Source: an uncultured Verrucomicrobiae bacterium (GTDB taxonomy: Bacteria > Verrucomicrobiota > Verrucomicrobiia > Chthoniobacterales > JAFAMB01). From it: DNA of 64,000 nt. The notes beneath the pieces were generated by a model. That model was not told the DNA's origin. It did no database searches and saw nothing but the letters and a program-made list of their open reading frames with translations. The stretch spans positions 66,715-130,714 of the forward strand of contig CAWEGF010000023.1 in the NCBI GenBank assembly GCA_963808535.1, in the 5' to 3' direction. Positions 1 to 10,805 of this stretch are shown one piece after another. Each line of letters opens with the position of its first letter. Position 1 is the stretch's first letter. The position numbers and the translations under genes were made by a program.

Positions 1-427
1 CCTCTATTAACCCCTCACCAAAAACCGGGTCATATCTGGAGGCTTCAACCGCCGGAGGAGCCTCCTGTGAACGAACGGGAGCTGGAACTACCAATACGGG
101 CCCTTCAACCGGTTCGTTCATTTCGGGTCTTTTCTGTTCACTCGACGGCTCGGCGGCCTGCACGGATCCGTGTGGTTGCGATAAAGGACGTTCGGGTGCA
201 TTTTCAACTTTCTGATCAGGAGTGCCATCCGGGCTCTCCATTAACGTTAAATGGTTATTGGTGTCGGAACCGATTGGTTCGTCCTTGGTTTGCTTCTTAA
301 CTCTTCCCGCCCCCGTTTTACTTGCGGTAGTCCTTCGCGGACGCGCAGCGGTTTTCGTTCGTCGAGGTTTTTTTACGTCGTCCACGTCTTGATTGAGCAA
401 AGCGGGTTGTTCGTTTGCTTCTGCCAT
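1..427 (-). CDS. partial CDS (5' part, runs off the left edge): protein with Lys/Arg/Pro/Glu-rich low-complexity N-terminus; possibly Rho with an N-terminal extension
   Basis: Not in the ORF track because there is no stop in the window. ATG at 427-425 (minus) is preceded by GGAAG and the frame stays open to position 1: MAEANEQPALLNQDVDDVKKPRRTKTAARPRRTTASKTG...RYDPVFGEGLIE. The final GEGLIE resembles the segment before the Rho RNA-binding domain, but the diagnostic domains lie outside the window. Confidence 0.35.
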   Translation of the reverse strand, partial: MAEANEQPALLNQDVDDVKKPRRTKTAARPRRTTASKTGAGRVKKQTKDEPIGSDTNNHLTLMESPDGTPDQKVENAPERPLSQPHGSVQAAEPSSEQKRPEMNEPVEGPVLVVPAPVRSQEAPPAVEASRYDPVFGEGLIE

Positions 428-464
428 AACTTCCATTTCAGAATAAAATTTTAGATCCGCACGG

Positions 465-1217
465 TTAGCTGGAAAGCCTTGCTAGTAACTCGTCGGAAAT
501 ATCAAAATTGCTGTGAACGCTTTGGACATCGTCATTATCCTCGAGGGCATCGCATAGTCTGAGCACTTGCGAAGCTAACTCGTCGTTAACGACGGCGACC
601 GTGGTGTTCGGAACAAAGGTTAGCTTTTGAGATTCAAAATGGATTCCGGCATTCTTCATCGCCTCTCCGACCTGGTACAAATGATCGTGAGGGGTGGTAA
701 CAATGTACAAATCCTCGTCCGTGATTAAATCTTCTGCTCCGGCTTCCAGAGCGATCTCCAATACTTTATCTTCTTCCACTGTGCCTCTGCCGACGGTGAT
801 CTGACCTTTTCGCCGGAACATGTAAGAAACAGCTCCGGAGGCGGCTAGATTGCCGTGATTCTTGGCAAAGGTACTTCGGATATCCGCCGCGGTGCGGTTC
901 TTATTATCGGTCGCCGCCTCCACAATAATGGCGACGCCTCCCGGACCGTATCCCTCGTACATCAACTCTTCAACAATCCCTCCGGCAATTTCCCCAGTCC
1001 CTTTCTTGATCGCCCTCTCAATCGTGTCATTCGGCATGTTCTGAGCGCGAGCGGCCAGGACAGCGGTCCGAAGGCGGGGGTTTAAATTCAGGTCCCCGCC
1101 TCCCATCCGGGCCGCAACCATAATTTCCTTCGAGAACCTACTGAATATTTTCCCACGCTTCGCATCTAATGCACCCTTAAAGCGCTTGACTTTCGACCAT
1201 TTACTATGACCCGCCAT
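465..1217 (-). CDS. yebC: YebC/PmpR family DNA-binding transcriptional regulator
   Basis: 250-aa ORF. The N-terminus MAGHSKWSKVKRFKG... and its length are hallmarks of the YebC/PmpR (TACO1) family. Confidence 0.9.
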   Translation of the reverse strand: MAGHSKWSKVKRFKGALDAKRGKIFSRFSKEIMVAARMGGGDLNLNPRLRTAVLAARAQNMPNDTIERAIKKGTGEIAGGIVEELMYEGYGPGGVAIIVEAATDNKNRTAADIRSTFAKNHGNLAASGAVSYMFRRKGQITVGRGTVEEDKVLEIALEAGAEDLITDEDLYIVTTPHDHLYQVGEAMKNAGIHFESQKLTFVPNTTVAVVNDELASQVLRLCDALEDNDDVQSVHSNFDISDELLARLSS

Positions 1218-1371
1218 ACTTCGGGTGAAACAAAATCATTCAGAAAAGGGTTAAAGTTTTACCAGCGACGCACTTGAGAGCGATGAGCAAGACAGAAGAA
1301 TTCGAAGAGAGAACCGCTGATTAGCGCATCAACAAGCGATAGCCAGAGCAAACTGCAAATAGACTGATTTG

Positions 1372-3183
1372 TCAACTTACTTTGCTGGAGGCCCGCTTTC
1401 GGGCATTGGAATCCAGAATCTTTTTGCGCAATCGGAGTGTCTTCGGCGTCGCTTCCACGTATTCATCCGACCCGATATATTCGAGCACTCGCTCGAGGGT
1501 CATTCGCAACGGTGGGGCTAATTGGACACCTTTCCCGTCACCCTGGCTTCGCATGTTGGTGAGATGCTTTGTCTTGCACGCATTGACCGTCAAATCATCG
1601 GGACGCGAATTTTCTCCGACAATCATTCCTTCGTAGACGTCCTCCTGCGGGCCGATGAAAAGTTTGCCTCGTTCTTGGACGTTATTCAAAGCGTAGGCCG
1701 TTGAAATTCCGCTTTCCATCGCGACCAGGACACCATTGTCGCGATTCGAGATTTCCCCCTTCAAAGGACCATATTCCTTAAAAAGGTGACTCATGGAACC
1801 AAGTCCTCTCGTGAGATTGACTAAATCGCTTTCAAAACCAATTAATCCGCGAGTCGGGATGACCGCCTCCACTAATACCGTGGTGGTTTGATGGTCCATG
1901 GCGACGATTTCTGCCTTGCGGCCGGCGAGCGATTGCAGAATATCTCCGAGATTTTCGTTCGGCACGTCGGCATACAGGGTCTCGAATGGCTCTAACGTGT
2001 TCCCCAAGTTGTCCTTCTGAAAGATAACTTCGGGTCGAGAAACCAGCAGTTCGAATCCTTCACGGCGCATTTGTTCGACGAGAATCGCGATCTGCATTTC
2101 GCCCCGCGCGCTGAGGGTAAAAATGCCGGCCGTGTCCGTTTCGATAAATTGCAACGAAACGTTGGTGCGGCATTCGCGAACCAAACGTTCCTTGATATGC
2201 CGGGCGGTCAGCAGCTTGCCTTCGCGACCAGCCAATGGCGAGTCGTTGACCAAGAAATTCATCTGGATCGTCGGAGGATCGATGTCGACAAATTCGAGAG
2301 CCGTCCTCTCTTCGAGGTCAGTCAACGTGTCGCCAATGGAAAGCTCCTCAAAGCCGGCCAGCCCAATAATGTCACCCGCCCCGGCGTGCTTGACCTCAAT
2401 GCGATCTAAGCCCTGATGGCCAAATAGAGCCGTCACGGTGTCGCGTTCGCGCCGCCCATCGTTGTGAATGCAGACAATCGAATCACCAACTTTTACCCGC
2501 CCGCTGACGATGCGACCAAAAGCCAACCGGCCAAGATAATCCGAATAATCGAGATTAGAGACCAGCATCCGAAAATAAGCTTCCGATGGTTTGGGCGGAG
2601 GCGGGATGTGCTTCACGATGGCTTCGAATAACGGATCCATCGAGGTATTTGGCTCATGGATCTCCCGCATGGCGTAACCCTCCTTCGCACTCGCGTAGAT
2701 GACCGGAAAGTCCAATTGAGCATCGGTGGCGTTGAGTTCAACGAAGAGGTCGAAGACCATGTCCAGCACCTTGTGGGGTCGGGCATTTTCGCGGTCTATT
2801 TTATTGATAACGACAATCGGCTGGGCCTGGTTCTCCAAGGCCTTGCGTAAGACAAACTTGGTCTGCGCCTGGGGTCCGTCGTGGGAGTCGACCACCAGCA
2901 GCACACCATCCACCATCTTCATAATCCGTTCGACTTCCCCGCCGAAATCTGCATGGCCGGGCGTATCCACGATGTTGATGTGGTACTCCTTGTATTTGAA
3001 AGCGGCGTTCTTCGCCTTGATGGTGATCCCTTTTTCCTTTTCCAGGTCCATCGAATCCATGACCCGCTCTTCAACCTTTTGATTGGCCCTGAAGGTCCCG
3101 GACTGACGAAGCAGCTGGTCCACGAGGGTGGTTTTTCCATGGTCAACATGGGCGATAATTGCAATATTACGTATACGTTCCAT
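1372..3183 (-). CDS. typA: translational GTPase TypA/BipA
   Basis: ORF 1372..3276 with G1 motif IRNIAIIAHVDHGKTTLVDQLL, DTPGHADFGGEV and NKIDR. Start trimmed to the ATG at 3183 (MERIRNIAII), giving the usual ~600 aa. The upstream in-frame Met at 3276 is also possible. Confidence 0.9.
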   Translation of the reverse strand: MERIRNIAIIAHVDHGKTTLVDQLLRQSGTFRANQKVEERVMDSMDLEKEKGITIKAKNAAFKYKEYHINIVDTPGHADFGGEVERIMKMVDGVLLVVDSHDGPQAQTKFVLRKALENQAQPIVVINKIDRENARPHKVLDMVFDLFVELNATDAQLDFPVIYASAKEGYAMREIHEPNTSMDPLFEAIVKHIPPPPKPSEAYFRMLVSNLDYSDYLGRLAFGRIVSGRVKVGDSIVCIHNDGRRERDTVTALFGHQGLDRIEVKHAGAGDIIGLAGFEELSIGDTLTDLEERTALEFVDIDPPTIQMNFLVNDSPLAGREGKLLTARHIKERLVRECRTNVSLQFIETDTAGIFTLSARGEMQIAILVEQMRREGFELLVSRPEVIFQKDNLGNTLEPFETLYADVPNENLGDILQSLAGRKAEIVAMDHQTTTVLVEAVIPTRGLIGFESDLVNLTRGLGSMSHLFKEYGPLKGEISNRDNGVLVAMESGISTAYALNNVQERGKLFIGPQEDVYEGMIVGENSRPDDLTVNACKTKHLTNMRSQGDGKGVQLAPPLRMTLERVLEYIGSDEYVEATPKTLRLRKKILDSNARKRASSKVS

Positions 3184-3449
3184 AGAAACCGATGGAGAAT
3201 CGGAAAGATGGCTGCGCCCAACCGGCTCGTCAATGAGGTTTACGTTCAAAACATCGTTAACCAAAGGGCGTTTCACCCGGATCGCAACAAACGTTTTTCG
3301 AACGCGATCATGGGAGCCCTTGCCAAAAGAGGTTTCGGTAGGGCATCTGCGTCGAAAACGCCGGAGTGAACCGAGTTTTCAATGGCAAGAATTCGCCTGA
3401 AATAGAAACTAAGACGGACAGCTAAAAGTTAAAAGAGCAATGCGGAGAA

Positions 3450-4334
3450 CTACTTACAGCGGGAGAAACGGCTTGAATCATCTGTATAAAGCGCGGCTTT
3501 TGGCACCCCATAATCGGAGCCGATATTGATCCCGATCGTCTTGCCTAGATTGATCGGTCCGGCTTGACGATGGGTGTGTCCACACACAACCGCAGCCAGA
3601 TTGGTTGGTGTCTCTCTCAATAGTTTTCCCATCGAGTGGTTCCCTAAATAGGCGCGGAAAAAAGCATAGATTGACGGCTCCGAACCCGGCGGCAAAACGC
3701 GTAGAGGAGGCACCCCAAGGAGTTCTTCAAAAGGGGAGGTATGCAACACGGCGATGGTCCGAGCATCGCCGGCTTCCGACAAGTGCTTTCGAACTGCTTC
3801 GACCTGTTCATACGCCACTTCCCGCGGATGCCGCTCGTTTGGCATGAATTGGAAATCACGCCATCGCATCGCGGAATTCACCGCTGGACTTCCCCGGAGG
3901 TATTCCTCCTCCGTGACCAGAGTTCCGTCGAAAGCGAGATTAGGAACGGCGAAACCGAGATCGTAATGGCCGTAACCTCCGACGATTGTGATTTCCTGGA
4001 GCTCCAGATTTTCCAAATCCAGAAGAACAACATCGAAGATTTTTGCAGCGGGCGCCCAATGGCGAGAGATAATCGAGGAAAGCGAGTCGCCCACTCTTCG
4101 AGAATGATCCAGCATCCAGAAGTCATGGTTGCCAAGACAAACGGCGATCGGGCCCATTGGGAAACAGTCCCGCAAACTTTTCAATGTTTCCTCGGCTTGC
4201 TGCGCGCTCGAGAGATCGCCCGCCACGACGAACGCATCCGGCCGGTACCTGGTGATCCATTCTCGAACCTTCAGCAACGTCGGTTCCTGCGTTGCCCGCG
4301 AAAGGTGCAGGTCTGCGGTGAAGAGTATTTTCAC
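3450..4334 (-). CDS. metallophosphoesterase family protein
   Basis: 294-aa ORF with calcineurin-like phosphoesterase motifs (DLHLS, GDL, GNHDFW, GHTH). Confidence 0.7.
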   Translation of the reverse strand: MKILFTADLHLSRATQEPTLLKVREWITRYRPDAFVVAGDLSSAQQAEETLKSLRDCFPMGPIAVCLGNHDFWMLDHSRRVGDSLSSIISRHWAPAAKIFDVVLLDLENLELQEITIVGGYGHYDLGFAVPNLAFDGTLVTEEEYLRGSPAVNSAMRWRDFQFMPNERHPREVAYEQVEAVRKHLSEAGDARTIAVLHTSPFEELLGVPPLRVLPPGSEPSIYAFFRAYLGNHSMGKLLRETPTNLAAVVCGHTHRQAGPINLGKTIGINIGSDYGVPKAALYTDDSSRFSRCK

Positions 4335-4354
4335 GGTAGGCGATCGAAGCAGGC

Positions 4355-4939
4355 TCAGCTCCGAAGAAATTCCAGAAAGTGCGCCAGCGCTCTTCCGCGA
4401 TGGCTAAGGCTGTTTTTGATCTCGGATTGGAGCTCTCCAAACGTCTCCGTGTAACCCTGCGGAATAAAAAGAGAGTCATAGCCAAATCCGCTTTCCCCAC
4501 GTTCTTCGAGGGCCACCTTTCCCCTGACCACCCCCCCGAAGGACCCAAGCAATTCACCTTGGCTGGCCAGAACCATGACACAACGAAAACGTGCCGGGAA
4601 CTCGTGTCCGCCGAGATTTCTCAGCTTTTGGACGAGCAGAAAACGATTTTCCGCGTCAGTGGCGTTCGGTCCGGCAAAACGAGCGGAGCGGACGCCAGGA
4701 GCTCCCTCCAAAGCATCTACCTCAAGGCCGGAATCGTCCGCCAGGACTAAGCCAGTAAAGATTTTGGAAATGGTGATCGCCTTTAGCGCTGCGTTCTCTT
4801 CGAACGTCGCCCCAGTCTCCTCAATGTTCGGCGCGTGCGGCAGCGAGCCCAAATCGCGGACGTCCCAGCCAGAACCCAGTATTTGTCCAATTTCCCGTGT
4901 CTTATGCCCGTTCCGGGTGGCGATTAAAAGTGTTTGCAT
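4355..4939 (-). CDS. rdgB: RdgB/HAM1 family non-canonical purine NTP pyrophosphatase
   Basis: 194-aa ORF: LLIATRNGHKTREI..., FGYDSLF, SHRGRA, typical of RdgB/HAM1. Confidence 0.85.
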   Translation of the reverse strand: MQTLLIATRNGHKTREIGQILGSGWDVRDLGSLPHAPNIEETGATFEENAALKAITISKIFTGLVLADDSGLEVDALEGAPGVRSARFAGPNATDAENRFLLVQKLRNLGGHEFPARFRCVMVLASQGELLGSFGGVVRGKVALEERGESGFGYDSLFIPQGYTETFGELQSEIKNSLSHRGRALAHFLEFLRS

Positions 4940-5042
4940 CGTACGGTGTCCACCTCAAGGTTGCCTCCTCCAAAGAGGTTACCGGAAGACGAACAGCACC
5001 TCGAACAGGCAACCCAAATTGGATTTGCACTAGATAATACCA

Positions 5043-7650
5043 ATGAGCGAGCGACGAAAACAGTTTCCCTTTCGGGAATTCGAACCGAAATGGCAGCAAC
5101 ATTGGCTGGCCAGCAAAGCGTTTGAGGCGCCAAATCCGAATCAACCGGGATTTGATTCCTCGAAACCGAAGTTCTACGTGCTCGACATGTTCCCATATCC
5201 GAGCGGTGAAGGTCTTCACGTCGGCCATTTGGAAGGGTACACCGCGACCGATATCGTCGCTCGATACAAGAGGATGAAAGGTTTCAACGTCCTCCATCCA
5301 ATGGGATGGGATGCCTTCGGATTGCCGGCCGAACAGTTCGCGATCAAAACAGGACTTCATCCATCCATTGCGACAGCTAAGAACATCAGTCGGTTCAAAA
5401 GCCAGCTCAGAAAAATCGGCTTTAGTTATGATTGGGCCCGCGAGGTAAACACGACCGACCCTGACTATTACCGTTGGACCCAATGGATATTTCTGAAGCT
5501 TTACAATTCCTGGTTTGACCGCGAAAAGAAGGCCGCACGGCCGATTGAAGAGCTCATCGCGGCGAGACAGCACGATTTCCCGGATGAATCGGAGAATAAA
5601 TGCCGGGAATTCGTGGATGGCAGTCGTCTTGCCTACGTCACGGAAGCGCCGGTGAACTGGTGCCAGGAACTGGGAACCGTTCTGGCCAACGAAGAAGTTG
5701 TTGACGGCAAAAGTGAAGTGGGCGGATTTCCAGTCGTCCGGCGTCCGATGCGCCAATGGATGTTGCGAATCACCTCCTATGCCGATCGATTACTAGAGGA
5801 ACTTGAGCCGCTGGATTGGCCGGAGTCGATTAAAATTCTGCAGCGCAATTGGATCGGCCGGAGTGAAGGAGCCCAAGCGACATTCCGGATCGACGGTTCA
5901 ACCGAAGGAATCACGGTTTTCACCACCCGCCCGGACACGCTTTTTGGCGCTACTTATGTGGTTTTGGCACCTGAACATCCCTTGGTCGATCTGGTGACAA
6001 CTCCAACCCAGCAAGCTGCCGTGGCAGATTACAAAGCAAGGGTTTCAGCAAAATCCGATCTCGAACGTACGGATCTGTCGAAGGAGAAGACTGGCATTTT
6101 TACCGGCGGATTCGCCATCAACCCGGTCAACCAGGAAAAGGTTCCGATCTGGATCGCCGATTACGTTCTGGTCAGCTACGGAACCGGCGCCATCATGGCG
6201 GTTCCGGGTCACGACGAGCGGGACTACGATTTCGCCCGCAAATTCGGGCTCGAGATTCGTGAGGTTGTCGAGCCACCGGTTCTAACTGAATCCTGTTTTA
6301 CGGGAGACGGTGTCGCCAAGAACTCCGGTTTCCTGGATGGATTAGCGACCGGAGAAGCGAAGCGTAAAATCATCGATTGGCTGGAGAAGGAGGGGTCCGG
6401 AAAGCGCTCCATTACTTACAAGCTCCGGGACTGGTTGTTTTCGCGCCAACGCTACTGGGGTGAGCCGTTCCCGATCATTTGGCGTAATGGCAGGCATGAA
6501 GCGCTACCGGAATCGGACCTTCCGATCGTACCACCTCCGCTCGAAGATTATCGCCCCACCGGAACGGTCGAACCTCCCCTAGCGAAGGCTAAAGCCTGGA
6601 TCACTCTTTCCGATGGAGCGACCCGGGAACTGAATACGATGCCGCAGTGGGCCGGGTCTTGTTGGTACTTTTTGCGGTTCGTTTCGCCAAACGATGCGAA
6701 TCGGTTTGTGGACGAAACGGCCGAACGTTACTGGATGTCTGGAAACGACGCCCGACAACCGCCGCCGCGGAGGAGTCGATCTTTACGTCGGCGGAACCGA
6801 GCACGCGGTGCTTCATCTCTTGTACTCGCGATTCTGGCACAAAGTGCTCTACGATCTTAGTTATGTTTCAACCGTGGAACCTTTCCAGCGACTGGTGAAC
6901 CAAGGAATGATTCTCGGACAGGATCACCAGAAGATGTCCAAGAGCCGCGGCGATGTCGTATCGCCGGATGAGATCGTCGACGAATATGGAGCGGATGCTT
7001 TGAGGCTCTACGAGATGTTTCTTGGTCCCCTTGAAGCCACCAAACCGTGGAGCACCAGCGGGGTTGAAGGGGTTTATCGCTTCCTGGCCAGGGTGTGGCG
7101 TCTGGTCATGGATGAAGATCAAGAAGGGCAGTGGCAGCTATCCTCGGGCTTGGGAAGTATCGATCTCAGTTCCAGGCAGCAAAAGGTTGTGCATTCCACC
7201 ATCAAGAAAGTCTCCGAGGATCTGGAATCTCTTTCTTTTAACACCGCAATCGCCCAAATGATGATCTTTGTTAACGAATTCACCGGTGCGGAGAGTCGGC
7301 CGGTCGAAGCCGTTCGGATTTTATTGACCCTGTTGAGTCCTTTTGCCCCGCATCTGGCGGAAGAACTCTGGTCGCACCTGGGCAGTAAGTTTGCCGGATT
7401 TGAGGGCATGGCATGCCAGCAATCCTGGCCGGTGTGGCGCGATGAATTTCTCGCCCAGGAGGAAGTTGAGATCGTCATCCAAATCAACGGGAAATTGCGA
7501 GATAAGGTGACGGTCAAAAAGGACTCAGGAAAAGCGGAACTTGAGCAAGTCGCGCTGGCCTCTTTGAGAGTGCAGGAAGCCGCTCGTGATAAAGTTATCC
7601 GCAAAATCATCGTGGTGCCGAACAAGGTGGTAAACGTGGTGATTAATTGA
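5043..7650 (+). CDS. leuS: leucine--tRNA ligase, reading frame broken near 6751-6753 in this assembly
   Basis: ORFs 5043..6860 and 6694..7650 together make a complete class-I LeuRS ([24 protein letters not shown]). The frame changes at the CCC run 6751-6753 (..[10 protein letters not shown] / [31 protein letters not shown]..). Confidence 0.9.
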
Positions 7651-7739
7651 GGGCGCACTAACAAAGGTTGGCCGCGAAAAGCTTGCGGAGTTTTCGCGGC
7701 CCTTTGCCAAACCTCTTCCGGAAAGATTAGATTCGGCTC

Positions 7740-8534
7740 ATGAGTGCGGTTCGAACCGACTATCACATTCATACGACCCTCTGCCATCATGCCGTGGGCG
7801 ACCCGATTGAGTATGTGCGAGCCGCGCAGGACGCTGGGCTCACGGAGATCGGGTTCGCGGACCACAATCCGATGCCCGAACATTTCGACGAATGGCGGAT
7901 GTCGATTGAAGATTTACCTCGCTACCTTGAAATGGTAGAAGAGGCGCGGTCGACCGGTTTTCAGATCCGGCTGGGTCTCGAATGCGATTTTATCGAGGGA
8001 TACGAGTATTGGATCGAAGCGCTCGCCGGCCAGGCTCCTTGGGATTACTTAATCGGAAGTGTCCACTACATCGCTCCCGGTTGGGATGTAGATAATCCCA
8101 AATATTTATCCCGATTCAAAGAGCATCCAGTGGAAGAGATTTGGGCGCTTTATTGGAAACATTACGTTCGATGCATCGAGAGCGGACTGTTTGATTTTGT
8201 CGCGCACCCGGATCTGGCAAAAAAATTTGGCTATCGTCCCCTTGGAGATCTCGGAAGATACTATCGACCCGCCATCGAATCTTTGGCTAAGCACGACGTG
8301 GCGTTCGAGATAAACACGGCTGGCTTACGCAAGCAGGCCGAAGAAATATATCCGGCCTTCGAATTCGTCGCGATGGCGCGTGAAGCCGGGGTCTCCATGC
8401 TAATTAATTCTGACGCCCATGCACCCGGAGAGGTCGGATATAAGTTCGACCTGGCAAGAGATCTGGCCCGACAGGCTGGGTACACCAAGGTATGCCGGTT
8501 CGAAAAGCGACGACGGATCGACGTTGATTTATGA
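7740..8534 (+). CDS. histidinol-phosphatase, HisJ/PHP family
   Basis: 264-aa ORF with a PHP-domain pattern (DYHIHT..CHHA, GFADH, NSDAH). It overlaps folP by 4 nt (ATGA), suggesting an operon. Confidence 0.75.
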   Translation: MSAVRTDYHIHTTLCHHAVGDPIEYVRAAQDAGLTEIGFADHNPMPEHFDEWRMSIEDLPRYLEMVEEARSTGFQIRLGLECDFIEGYEYWIEALAGQAPWDYLIGSVHYIAPGWDVDNPKYLSRFKEHPVEEIWALYWKHYVRCIESGLFDFVAHPDLAKKFGYRPLGDLGRYYRPAIESLAKHDVAFEINTAGLRKQAEEIYPAFEFVAMAREAGVSMLINSDAHAPGEVGYKFDLARDLARQAGYTKVCRFEKRRRIDVDL

Positions 8535-9406
8535 TCCTGAGGATGCGGGATCGTTTGATCACGTTTCCTCGGCGTCCGTTAGTCATGGGGATCGTAAACG
8601 CCACCGACGATTCGTTTTCTGGAGATGGATCGTTGCAGATCCAACGCCATATCGAAACCGCGCAACGCCACGTCACTGACGGAGCCGACATCATCGACGT
8701 CGGAGGTGAAAGCGCGCGCACCAACCGTCTCGAAATCAGCGAGGCGGACGAGTCTGCACGAATCCTTCCGTTCGTTCACCGCTTCCAGGAATGTCATGAA
8801 GGAAAGAGTCCGATCGATAAGATCCAGATCTTTCCTCCACTGCTTTCGATTAATACCTGGCGATCGGGTGTGGTTGAAGCGACGCTTCCGTCCGGCGGGC
8901 AATTGGTAAATGATATAAGTGCGCTTCCGACGAGCGAGAATGCACGGATCGCGGCGCGTTTTGGCTGCGGTCTCCTGATCATGCATTCAATCGGTCTACC
9001 GAAACAGCGCCACACCGATGTTCAGTATGTGGATATCCTGCGCACTCTCGAGGGATTTTTTGATCAGAAGATTGGCCAGGCCATGGCCGCGGGACTGCCG
9101 CTTGAAGCGCTGATTCTCGATCCGGGCATCGATTTCGCGAAACAAAAACCGGACAATTTGCGCATTTACCGGGAACTAAAAACACTTACCAAATTCGAAC
9201 GCCCGATTCTTCTTCCGGTCTCCAGAAAGACGGTGATCGGTGACGTCCTTGGCATCGCGGAGCCGGCAGATCGAGACGCCGGAACCATAGCGTGCGTGGT
9301 AGCAGGAGTATTACGTGGCGCCACGATCTTCCGCGTTCATAATGTCCACGCTACGGTTCAAGCGTTAAGGGTCATCTACCCAATGGTCGATGACCCGAGG
9401 GCCTGA
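8531..9406 (+). CDS. folP: dihydropteroate synthase
   Basis: 291-aa ORF with pterin-binding motifs VMGIVNATDDSFSGDG, DVGGESARTN, LDPGIDFAK. Confidence 0.85.
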   Translation: MILRMRDRLITFPRRPLVMGIVNATDDSFSGDGSLQIQRHIETAQRHVTDGADIIDVGGESARTNRLEISEADESARILPFVHRFQECHEGKSPIDKIQIFPPLLSINTWRSGVVEATLPSGGQLVNDISALPTSENARIAARFGCGLLIMHSIGLPKQRHTDVQYVDILRTLEGFFDQKIGQAMAAGLPLEALILDPGIDFAKQKPDNLRIYRELKTLTKFERPILLPVSRKTVIGDVLGIAEPADRDAGTIACVVAGVLRGATIFRVHNVHATVQALRVIYPMVDDPRA

Positions 9407-9493
9407 AAAGTTGCCAGTGTCAGTTGTCGATTGCCAGCAGGGGAATGGGATCGAAAATCCGTCTCAAAGGGAACTCATAAACGAAAATAAGGA

Positions 9494-10303
9494 ATGGAGA
9501 GTTCTGAAGACTTTAAACGACTCGAAGGCGGAGGAAGCAACGCTGTTTCCCGGTCGGGAAGCATAACGCGGAGAAAGGTCGGTCCATGGAGTCCGCGAGT
9601 ACACGAATTCCTGGCATTCCTAAAGCACACGGGATTTCGGAATGCCCCGGAGGCTGTCGGCTTTGATGAGCACGGGAACGAACTGCTCACTTTCATTCCG
9701 GGAGAGGTTGGTAACTACCCTCTGAGTGACAGTATTCGTAGCGAGCGAGCGCTGGTCTCGGCAGCGAAGCTTTTGCGCCAATTCCACGATTGCAGCGTGG
9801 ACTTTATACCAAATCGCCTGACCGAGTGGATGTTCCCGGCAAGAAAACCGGTGGAAGTTATCTGTCATGGTGATTTCGCCCCGTACAACTGCGTTTTCAA
9901 CAACGAAGAAGCGATCGGAATCATTGACTTCGACACGGCTCATCCGGGTTCACGGCGATGGGATCTCGCGTATGCCCTTTACCGATTCGCCCCAATGACG
10001 TCGCCCACAAATGACGATGGATTTGGGAGCCTGCAGGACCAACTTCAGAGGGCCAGACTGTTTTGTGACTCGTATGGTCTGCCGGTTGACCAACGCCTGG
10101 CACTGCCGGCGTGGGTAATTTATCGACTCAGAACATTGCTAGAGTTCATTCGAAGCCAAGCGTTGCAAGGGAATATTAGCTGTCAAAAGAACATTGAAGC
10201 CGGGCACATCGAAAAATATGAAGGGGACATAAATTACATCGATTTACACGGTGAAGAATTCGCCAACCATCTCTCTGCTGAGGGACGGATTCTGGAGCGT
10301 TGA
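9494..10303 (+). CDS. phosphotransferase (aminoglycoside/choline kinase-like, APH family)
   Basis: 269-aa ORF with catalytic-loop motifs HGDFAPYNCVF and IDFDTAHPGSRRWDLAY. Confidence 0.7.
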   Translation: MESSEDFKRLEGGGSNAVSRSGSITRRKVGPWSPRVHEFLAFLKHTGFRNAPEAVGFDEHGNELLTFIPGEVGNYPLSDSIRSERALVSAAKLLRQFHDCSVDFIPNRLTEWMFPARKPVEVICHGDFAPYNCVFNNEEAIGIIDFDTAHPGSRRWDLAYALYRFAPMTSPTNDDGFGSLQDQLQRARLFCDSYGLPVDQRLALPAWVIYRLRTLLEFIRSQALQGNISCQKNIEAGHIEKYEGDINYIDLHGEEFANHLSAEGRILER

Positions 10304-10394
10304 CGAGGCAGGCACGAGGGGATGTTTCCCAGAGGGACGACTAGAAAGTAGGCCGCAATTTTCGTCGGTAATCGGCGTTTTAGAATTTGGTTTC

Positions 10395-10640
10395 GTCCCG
10401 GAGGGACAATGCGATCGTAGCCTGGCACGAAGTGCCTGGAAAAGGCCTCTCGAAAGGACCGTCCCGTAGGGTACGGTATGATTCGTATGATCGGACGCAG
10501 CTAATGCCGGGTATTTCTCGCCGTATGGACGGTTTCTGAACTTGCGAGATAGCGTCATACCGTACCCTACGGGACGGGACCATTTTCCTCATGTTCCAGG
10601 CACTTCGTGCCTGGCTACGATCATGCTGTCCCTCCGGGAC
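10395..10640. repeat. family B hairpin-chain element, copy 1 (246 bp, MITE-like)
   Basis: Left end is GTCCCGGAGGGAC..GCCTGGCACGAAGTGCCTGG..GTCCCGTAGGGTACGG and the right end is its reverse complement. Each block is itself a mini-palindrome. Second copy at 41076-41305. A family-C-like terminus CCTTATCTCTGCGCCAT follows at 10654-10670. Confidence 0.85.
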
Positions 10641-10805
10641 AAAGAACAAGAACCCTTATCTCTGCGCCATGCGGGTCAGTAGCCAATACATGAGACTCAA
10701 ATCACACCGGAGATCGGAACTTTCCTCCGCCTCTGATGCCCCCTTTATTTGAAAAGCCAAGGAGGATAATCGAGGACGACGACGATTTTGAAGCTGAGGC
10801 TTCAA

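Noticed and set aside
4902-5756. Long antisense ORFs opposite well-supported genes (4902..5756 and 7119..7883 opposite leuS; also 3741..4454, 25196..25825, 38040..38657, 29687..30169, 35240..35755)
   Set aside because: Each lies entirely within a gene that has strong family motifs on the other strand, and none has recognisable motifs of its own. This is typical shadow-ORF behaviour in GC-rich coding DNA.
6694-6860. Programmed ribosomal frameshifting or recoding in leuS (and lysS, priA)
   Set aside because: There is no slippery heptamer plus downstream structure pattern common to the sites, and the breaks go in both directions and often sit at short homopolymers. Eight such events in 64 kb, several in essential genes, fit assembly indels far better.
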